From IMG/VR virus record IMGVR_UViG_3300023174_003154, positions 1 through 64,000 of that record: a DNA stretch of 64,000 nt; one strand, given 5' to 3'. The stretch is from a virus. The notes beneath the pieces are model-generated. The model did not search any database. It was not told the origin of the DNA and worked only from the letters and a program-made list of their open reading frames with translations. This document shows, piece by piece, positions 57,269 through 64,000 of the stretch (the first letter of the stretch is position 1; the number at the start of each line of letters is the position of its first letter). The translations under genes and the position numbers were made by a program.

Positions 57269-59008
57269 GTGGCAAACTATCATAATTTAAAAAACGCGGC
57301 AATATTAACGCCGACTACAGGTACAGATTTAGGTAGTGATAGTAATCGCTATTCAAACGTCTTTATGTCAGGTAATATTGTTATGAGTAATGGCGTTACT
57401 GTTACATCAAGCAATGTTATCGCACCTAGGGTTGCTAGTTTAACATATCCGGGAACTGAGACAGCTACGGATACAGCAGGTGGAGAAACTATCATTGTTA
57501 CTGGTTCTGGATTTAATAATACAGGCGGAACACCTTCAGTGATTGTGGGAAGTGCTGTAGCTCCAGTAGTAACTTATATCAGTTCTACTAGTGTTAGTTT
57601 TACTGCCCCTGCACTAAGTGCCGGTACATATGTATTATATGTAATCAATGCAGATGGTGGTACAGCAACATATCTCACTGGTATAAGTTATAGCGGTACA
57701 CCTACTTGGACAACAAGTGCAGGTAGTTTGGGTAATGTACCTACATCAACATCTGCTAATCTTAGTGTAGCCGCAACTGGTGATGCACCAATTACATATG
57801 CAGTTAAAGCAGGTAGTAGTTTACCAAGTGGTTTAAGTTTAAATACTAGTACAGGAGCTATAACAGGCACTGCACCCACAGTTGGTAGCCAAACAACATA
57901 TAGTTTTACATTAACTGCAAAAGATGGTCAAAATCAAACAACTGACAGAAATTTTAGTATTACTGTAATCACTACTGTAACCGCAGTGGAATACCTAGTA
58001 GTAGCTGGTGGAGGTGCAGGTGGTAATACTGTTGGTGGCGGTGGCGGTGGCGGCGGATACAGAACTAATACTGGTTTCGCAGTGACTGCTGGATCACCAA
58101 TAACAGTTACTGTTGGTGGAGGTGGAACTACTGCTGCCACGTACGGAGCTAGTGGAACAAATTCAGTATTTGGCTCAATAACTGCATCAGGTGGCGGTGG
58201 CGGAGGATCCATATCACCTACTTCTGCTAGAGCAGGTAGAGCAGGTGGTTCTGGTGGCGGCGGCGGCGGTTATGCAACAGCAGGTGACACAACTCCAGGC
58301 ACGGCAGGCGCAGGTAATGCAGGTAGCTATACTCCAGTAGAAGGATATGCAGGCGGAAGTGCGCTTCAATTTGGTGGTGGAGGTGGTGGAGCCGGAGCTG
58401 TAGGCGGCAACGGTGGTTCAGGTGCTGCAGGTGCCGGAGGTACTGGCGCATTGAGTACTATCACTACCAACTTTGCAGGTACTGCATCTATTGCATCAAG
58501 TACAACATTAACTGTAACGGCAGTTTCTGCTGGAGTAATTGGAATAGGTACCCAAGTGACTGGAACAAATATTCCAGCTAGTACATATATTATTGCATTA
58601 GGTACTGGTACAGGTAGTACAGGCACATATATAATGAGTGCGGCAGCTACTTCTACTACTTCAGGTGTGTCAATCACCAGTTCAGGTGTGTACTATGCAG
58701 GTGGAGGCGGATCTAGCGGTGATGGTTATGGTGGGTCAGCAGGTGGCGCCGGCGGCGGCGGTGCAGGCCAAAGTTCTAGTGGTGGCAAAGCCTATGTGAA
58801 TGGTGGAACTAATTCTGGTGGTGGTGGCGGTGGCGGTGGTGGACAATCAGGTGCTGGACAATTTGGTCAAGGTGGATCTGGAGTAGTAATTATTCGCTAC
58901 GACAGTACATATCCGGCAGCAACATCAACAACGGGTTCACCCACAGTTACAACAGCAGGTGGATATAGAATTTATAAATGGACTAGTTCTGGTAGCATAA
59001 CATTCTAA
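57269..59008 (+). CDS. Gly-rich adhesin-like paralogue 1 (N-cap, IPT/TIG, Ig-like, polyglycine domain)
   Basis: GTG start; MANYHNLKNAAILTP cap, LPSGLSLNTSTGAITGT Ig repeat, Gly-rich domain. Confidence 0.75.
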   Translation: MANYHNLKNAAILTPTTGTDLGSDSNRYSNVFMSGNIVMSNGVTVTSSNVIAPRVASLTYPGTETATDTAGGETIIVTGSGFNNTGGTPSVIVGSAVAPVVTYISSTSVSFTAPALSAGTYVLYVINADGGTATYLTGISYSGTPTWTTSAGSLGNVPTSTSANLSVAATGDAPITYAVKAGSSLPSGLSLNTSTGAITGTAPTVGSQTTYSFTLTAKDGQNQTTDRNFSITVITTVTAVEYLVVAGGGAGGNTVGGGGGGGGYRTNTGFAVTAGSPITVTVGGGGTTAATYGASGTNSVFGSITASGGGGGGSISPTSARAGRAGGSGGGGGGYATAGDTTPGTAGAGNAGSYTPVEGYAGGSALQFGGGGGGAGAVGGNGGSGAAGAGGTGALSTITTNFAGTASIASSTTLTVTAVSAGVIGIGTQVTGTNIPASTYIIALGTGTGSTGTYIMSAAATSTTSGVSITSSGVYYAGGGGSSGDGYGGSAGGAGGGGAGQSSSGGKAYVNGGTNSGGGGGGGGGQSGAGQFGQGGSGVVIIRYDSTYPAATSTTGSPTVTTAGGYRIYKWTSSGSITF

Positions 59009-59017
59009 GAAAAGAAC

Positions 59018-60724
59018 ATGTCAAATTACAATCAACTAAAAAACGCGGCAATATTAACGCCGACCGCAAATCAAGATTTAGGTAGCGATGCAAATCGCTA
59101 TGGTAATGTATACATGACCGGTAACATTGTTATGAGTAACGGAATTACTGTTACATCAACTAACGTTGTTGCACCTAAAATTGCTAGTCTAACATTACCG
59201 GGTACTGTAACAGCAGTTGATGTTGCAGGTGGTGAAACAGTTATTATAACTGGTTCAGGATTCTCTAATTCTGGCGGAGTACCTACAGTTACAATAGGAA
59301 GTACGCCGGCATCATCAGTAACATACAATAGTTCTACTAGTATTACTATTACTACACCCGCATTGAGTACGGGAACATATTTTCTATACGTAGTTAATAC
59401 TGACGGTGGAACAGCAACGTATGCACCGGGTATCTCGTTCAGCGCCACACCAATTTGGACTACTGCATCAGGTAGTTTAGGTACTGTTGGTTCAAGTGCT
59501 TCTGCAAGTTTTACAGTGGCTGCAACTGGCGATCCAACAATCACATATGCAGTTAAAGCAGGTAGTAGTTTACCAAGTGGCTTAAGTTTAAATACCAGTA
59601 CCGGAGCTATTACAGGCACTGCACCTTCAGTTGGTAGTCAAACTACATACAACTTTACACTAACCGCAACAGACGGTCAAAATCAACCTACAGACAGATC
59701 ATTTAGTATCACGGTTGCAATCGCACCAACATCAGTTCAATACATGCTTATTGCAGGCGGAGGAGGTGGCGGCGGCTATAGCGGTACCTATGGCGGTGGC
59801 GGAGGAGGAGCCGGTGGGTATCGTTCATCAATTACGGGTGAATCTTCTGGTGGTGGAGCCTCAGCCGAATCTGCACTTAGTGTAAGTGGTGGCGCAACGT
59901 TTACAGTAACTATCGGTGCAGGTGGTACAGGTTTTGGTGGTGAAGAACAAGCCGGTCTCAGTGGAACAAATAGTTCAATTAGCGGAACATCTATATCAAC
60001 ACTTACTGCGATTGGTGGCGGCGGTGGTGGCGGAAATAGTGTTACTGGTAAGAACGGTGGTTCTGGTGGTGGCGGTGGTAACACTCCAGGTACCGGAACT
60101 GCGAATCAAGGATATGACGGTGGATTACCATCAGGTGGATTAACGGGAGGTGGAGGTGGAGGTGGTGCTGGAGCAGTAGGTGGAAGAGGTGAAGGTGGTG
60201 CCGGTGGGGCCGGTGTAAAAACTGGTGTTTTATTATTTACAGGTACGGCTTCTATTGCATCAAATACAACATTAACGATAACAGCAGTATCAGCAGGATC
60301 AATAATAGTAGGTACACAAGTTACTGGTACAGGAATTCCTGCAGGAGCTTATATTATTGCATTGGGTAGTGGCGCAGGCGGTATAGGAACATACACAATG
60401 AATACAGCCGCAACTGCTACTAATTCAGGTGTAGCAATTTCTAGTACAGGTAGATATCATGCAGGTGGCGGTGGTGGCGCAGGCGGCACTCCAGGTATAG
60501 GTGGCGCCGGTGGCGGCGGAGGCAGCGGTAATCCAGTTAATGGAACTACAAACACGGGCGGTGGAGGCTCTAATTATTTAGGTAATGGGGGTTCGGGTGT
60601 AGTATACATAGTCTATTCATCTACTTATCCGGCATTAACGTCAACAACAGGTAGTCCAACTTATACAGTTGAAAATGGATATAATGTTTATAGATTTACC
60701 GCATCTGGAAGTTTTACAATTTAA
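59018..60724 (+). CDS. Gly-rich adhesin-like paralogue 2
   Basis: Same architecture as 57269. Confidence 0.75.
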   Translation: MSNYNQLKNAAILTPTANQDLGSDANRYGNVYMTGNIVMSNGITVTSTNVVAPKIASLTLPGTVTAVDVAGGETVIITGSGFSNSGGVPTVTIGSTPASSVTYNSSTSITITTPALSTGTYFLYVVNTDGGTATYAPGISFSATPIWTTASGSLGTVGSSASASFTVAATGDPTITYAVKAGSSLPSGLSLNTSTGAITGTAPSVGSQTTYNFTLTATDGQNQPTDRSFSITVAIAPTSVQYMLIAGGGGGGGYSGTYGGGGGGAGGYRSSITGESSGGGASAESALSVSGGATFTVTIGAGGTGFGGEEQAGLSGTNSSISGTSISTLTAIGGGGGGGNSVTGKNGGSGGGGGNTPGTGTANQGYDGGLPSGGLTGGGGGGGAGAVGGRGEGGAGGAGVKTGVLLFTGTASIASNTTLTITAVSAGSIIVGTQVTGTGIPAGAYIIALGSGAGGIGTYTMNTAATATNSGVAISSTGRYHAGGGGGAGGTPGIGGAGGGGGSGNPVNGTTNTGGGGSNYLGNGGSGVVYIVYSSTYPALTSTTGSPTYTVENGYNVYRFTASGSFTI

Positions 60725-60741
60725 TTAAGAAAAGAATAAAA

Positions 60742-62499
60742 ATGGCAAATTATCACCAATTAAAAAACGCGGCAATTTTAACGCCTTCTACTGCTACTGA
60801 TTTAGGTAGCGATGCAAATCGCTATTCAAACGTCTTTATGAGTGGTAATATCCTTATGAGCAATGGTGTTACTGTTACATCATCCAATGCTATTACACCT
60901 AGAATTGCTAGTATAACATATCCCGGTATTACGACTGCAATATCAACTGCAGGTGGTGAAACTGTTTCTATTACTGGTTCTGGGTTTTCAAATCAAGGCT
61001 CATTGCCCACAGTTTTAATTGGTAGTACACCTGTATCATCAGTAACTTATAACAGTTCTACTAGTATATCTTTCGTGACTCCTGTAAAAAGTGCAGGAAC
61101 ATATGTATTGTATGTAATTAATGCAGATGGTGGAACAGCAACATATGTTTCAGGTATTTCTGTTAGCGGTACACCAACATGGTCTACTGCTGCCGGTAGC
61201 TTAGGTTCTGCTGGTTCGGCTGTTTCTGCAAGTTTTACAGTATCTGCAACAAGTGATTCAACTATTACATATAGTGTGACAAGTGGAAGTCTACCTACTG
61301 GATTAACATTAAATTCTAGTACAGGTGCCATTACCGGTACGATGCCATCGTTTGCTAGTGCAACTACTTATAATTTTACAATTACAGCAACAGATGTAGA
61401 AAAACAAGCTACTGCACGTGCTTTTAGCATTAATGGTGTGTTAGCTCCTAGTACAGTTGATTATCTAGTAGTAGCAGGCGGCGGCGGTGGCGGTGGATAT
61501 TATTATTCTGGCGGCGGCGGCGCCGGTGGATTATTACAAGCTACAGGATTTTCAATATCAGCTGGCGTTACTTACACAATAACAATTGGTGGCGGTGGCT
61601 CAAATGGTGCACCTAGTGCAAATGGTGTTAGTGGATCAAATTCCGTATTCTCATCAATAACATGCTATGGCGGAGGAGGTGGTGGAGGCGGTAATTGGTC
61701 AGCACCAAACGGAGGATCTGGTGGCGGTGGCTTAGCCGATCTAGTAAATGCAGGTGGTAAGGGTGTTTATCCAGGCTCAACTTATATAAGTGCAACAAGA
61801 CAAGGATATGATGGTGGTTCTTCATCAAGTGGTGGTGCTGGTGGAGGTTCAGGAGGAGGCGGCGGCGCTGGTGGGGTAGGTGGTGCAGGATCTGGTGTGA
61901 ACGGAGGAAACGGTGGTATTGGATCATTACAAACAATGACAGTTTCTTTCGTAGGTACAGCAACAACTAATTCAACCACTACATTGAATATAACAGCGGT
62001 ATCTGCTGGTGAAATTCTAGTAGGTACCCAAGTTACTGGTACAGGAATCCCTGCAGGAGCTTATATCAAATCATTAGGTACAGGTATTGGTGGGGTAGGT
62101 ACATACATAATGAGTGCAGCCGCAACTGCTAGTAGTTCAGGTGTAGCAATTACAAGTTCAGGTAGATATTTTGCAGGTGGTGGCGGAGGAGAAAGTTTCC
62201 AAGGTACTAATGGTACTGGTGGCGCTGGTGGCGGGGGTCAAGGTGCTCAATATACTCCAAATAACATAATAGGTGGAACTGGCGCAACTAATACCGGCGG
62301 AGGTGGAGGCGGTGCTAGTCATAGTGCTGGTAGTAATGCCCAATATGGTGGGTCAGGTGGTTCCGGGGTAGTGATTCTTCGCTACTCAGATGCATACCCG
62401 GCAGCTATAACAGCAACAAACGTAGCATCAGGATATCCAACAACCGGTGGTGGATATAGAATATATAAATGGAATAGCTCCGGTACCATAGCTTGGTAA
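60742..62499 (+). CDS. Gly-rich adhesin-like paralogue 3
   Basis: Same architecture as 57269. Confidence 0.75.
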   Translation: MANYHQLKNAAILTPSTATDLGSDANRYSNVFMSGNILMSNGVTVTSSNAITPRIASITYPGITTAISTAGGETVSITGSGFSNQGSLPTVLIGSTPVSSVTYNSSTSISFVTPVKSAGTYVLYVINADGGTATYVSGISVSGTPTWSTAAGSLGSAGSAVSASFTVSATSDSTITYSVTSGSLPTGLTLNSSTGAITGTMPSFASATTYNFTITATDVEKQATARAFSINGVLAPSTVDYLVVAGGGGGGGYYYSGGGGAGGLLQATGFSISAGVTYTITIGGGGSNGAPSANGVSGSNSVFSSITCYGGGGGGGGNWSAPNGGSGGGGLADLVNAGGKGVYPGSTYISATRQGYDGGSSSSGGAGGGSGGGGGAGGVGGAGSGVNGGNGGIGSLQTMTVSFVGTATTNSTTTLNITAVSAGEILVGTQVTGTGIPAGAYIKSLGTGIGGVGTYIMSAAATASSSGVAITSSGRYFAGGGGGESFQGTNGTGGAGGGGQGAQYTPNNIIGGTGATNTGGGGGGASHSAGSNAQYGGSGGSGVVILRYSDAYPAAITATNVASGYPTTGGGYRIYKWNSSGTIAW

Positions 62500-62518
62500 A
62501 AAAGAAAGAAAAATAAAA

Positions 62519-64000
62519 ATGGCAGACTACAATCAATTAAAAAATGCGGCAATATTAACTCCAACTACGACTACGGATTTAGGTAGTGATGCTAATCGCT
62601 ATTCAAATGTATACATGAGTGGTAACATTGTCATGAGTAATGGGGTTACTGTCACATCAACTAATGCTGTTGCACCTAGAATTATTAGTTTGGCATTGCC
62701 CGGTACAGAAACAGCAGTTGATATTGCAGGTGGTGAAACTATTTCTATTATTGGATCCGGATTTACTAATGTCGGCGGAACACCGTCAGTTTTAATTGGA
62801 AGTACATCTGCACTATCAGTAACTTATATCAGTTCTACTAATATATCTTTTGTGACCCCGGTGTTAAGTGCAGGAACATATACTGTATATATAATTAATT
62901 CAGACGGTGCTACAGCAACATATGCCCCGGGTATATCTTTTAGTGGTACTCCTACTTGGACTACTGCTGCCGGTAGTTTAGGTAATATGGGTAGTAACGT
63001 TTCTGTAAATTTATCAGTAGCCGCAACTGGTGATGCACCAATTACATATGCAATTAAAGCAGGTAGTAGTTTACCCGGTACCTTAAGTCTAAATACTAGT
63101 ACTGGCGCTATAACTGGAACTGCACCAACGTTTGCTAGTGCAACAACATATAATTTTACCATTACAGCAAAGGATGGTCAAAATCAACTAACTGATCGCT
63201 CTTTTAGTATTAACGGAGTCTTAATTCCTAGCACAGTTGATTATCTAGTAGTAGCAGGTGGAGGCGGAGGTGGCGGATATTATTATGCTGGTGGCGGTGG
63301 TGCGGGTGGATTACTATCTGCTACTGGATTTTCGATATCACCAAATACATATACTGTTACAATAGGCGCAGGCGGCCCAGGTGGTGCACCTAGTGCAAAT
63401 GGTGTTAATGGTGGTAATTCGGTATTCTCGTCAATAACATGTTATGGCGGCGGTGGCGGTGGCGGTGGCGGAAATCGTCCAGCACCAAACGGAGGATCAG
63501 GTGGTGGCGCCATGTCTGACCAAGTAAATGCAGGTGGTAAAGGTGTTTATCCAGGTTCAACATACATAGACGGACCTAGACAAGGCTACGATGGAGGAGC
63601 CTCATCTTCCGGAGCGTCAGTTGGTTCTTCAGGTGGTGGTGGAGGCGCAGGAGGTGTAGGTGGTGCTGGGGTATACATGTATACTGCGGGACCCGGTGGT
63701 ATTGGATCATTACAAACACTGACAACTTCTTTTATTGGTACAGCAACAACTAATTCGACCACTACATTAAATATAACAGCAGTAATTGCCGGTGAAATTC
63801 AAGTAGGTACACAAGTCACTGGTACAGGAATTCCTGCAGGAGCCTACGTTAAATCATTAGGTACAGGTACTGGTGGCACAGGCACCTATATATTAAATGC
63901 AGGAACTGGTTCTGGTAGTGGCATTGCAATTACTAGTTCAGGTAGATATTTTGCAGGTGGCGGAGGTGGACAAAGTTTGCAAGGTGGTGCCGGTGGTGCA
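62519..64000 (+). CDS. Gly-rich adhesin-like paralogue 4 (partial; runs off right edge)
   Basis: Not in the ORF track; ATG 62519 reads MADYNQLKNAAILTPTTTTDLGSDANRYSNVYMSGNIVMSNG and the frame still reads Gly-rich at 64000. Confidence 0.8.
   Translation, partial: MADYNQLKNAAILTPTTTTDLGSDANRYSNVYMSGNIVMSNGVTVTSTNAVAPRIISLALPGTETAVDIAGGETISIIGSGFTNVGGTPSVLIGSTSALSVTYISSTNISFVTPVLSAGTYTVYIINSDGATATYAPGISFSGTPTWTTAAGSLGNMGSNVSVNLSVAATGDAPITYAIKAGSSLPGTLSLNTSTGAITGTAPTFASATTYNFTITAKDGQNQLTDRSFSINGVLIPSTVDYLVVAGGGGGGGYYYAGGGGAGGLLSATGFSISPNTYTVTIGAGGPGGAPSANGVNGGNSVFSSITCYGGGGGGGGGNRPAPNGGSGGGAMSDQVNAGGKGVYPGSTYIDGPRQGYDGGASSSGASVGSSGGGGGAGGVGGAGVYMYTAGPGGIGSLQTLTTSFIGTATTNSTTTLNITAVIAGEIQVGTQVTGTGIPAGAYVKSLGTGTGGTGTYILNAGTGSGSGIAITSSGRYFAGGGGGQSLQGGAGGA

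Noticed and set aside
2518-63162. Many 60-170-aa opposite-strand or alternate-frame ORFs in the track (e.g. 7586, 14534, 17716, 27639, 32457, 59098)
   Set aside because: They lie within long, motif-supported genes and read as antisense shadows of biased codon usage; none has a recognisable motif.
57269-64000. Diversity-generating retroelement template/variable repeat pair
   Set aside because: No reverse transcriptase in the window; differences between copies are not adenine-specific and all copies are coding.
1-64000. Stop-codon reassignment as in some large phages
   Set aside because: Core genes are full length under the standard code, coding density is high, and TGA acts as a stop (16914, 17132, 20452).
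51830-64000. GGC/GGT runs as G-quadruplex or phase-variable microsatellites
   Set aside because: They are mixed glycine codons explained by the polyglycine protein sequence; length changes would stay in frame.
1-64000. tRNA genes, integrase, transposase or anti-phage defence operon
   Set aside because: No cloverleaf or T-loop motif in the few intergenic gaps and no matching protein motifs.

Overview
A 64-kb, AT-rich segment of a large T4-superfamily myovirus-type phage genome, read in the standard code. The minus strand of 1-14.8 kb carries baseplate genes: a very large structural ORF running off the left edge, then gp6-, gp25-, gp5-, gp27-, gp53- and gp48/54-like genes. On the plus strand follow a gp55-like late sigma factor, gp47/gp46 (Mre11/Rad50-like), a free-standing GIY-YIG/NUMOD3 endonuclease and an Hjc-like PD-(D/E)xK nuclease. 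Next come a ~470-nt non-coding, highly structured interval, a gp26/gp51-like pair on the minus strand, a tape-measure-like protein with an M15 peptidase domain, and the head module (portal, an inserted SAM methyltransferase, core proteins, gp21 protease, gp22 scaffold, gp23 capsid). The last ~32 kb encode Asn/Thr/Gly-rich fibre-like proteins and polyglycine adhesin-like paralogues. Most notable: (1) a candidate large pseudoknotted ncRNA directly downstream of the Hjc-like nuclease; (2) a U_UUU_UUC slippery site plus hairpin that would fuse the gp26-like and gp51-like ORFs by -1 frameshifting, like lambda G/GT or P2 E/E' tail chaperones; (3) a repeating terminal-motif pattern linking fibre genes to adaptor genes; (4) a mosaic tandem array of Gly-rich adhesin-like genes; (5) a late promoter inside a 14-bp hairpin upstream of the endonuclease. 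All assignments come from motif recognition by eye; no database searches or folding programs were run.
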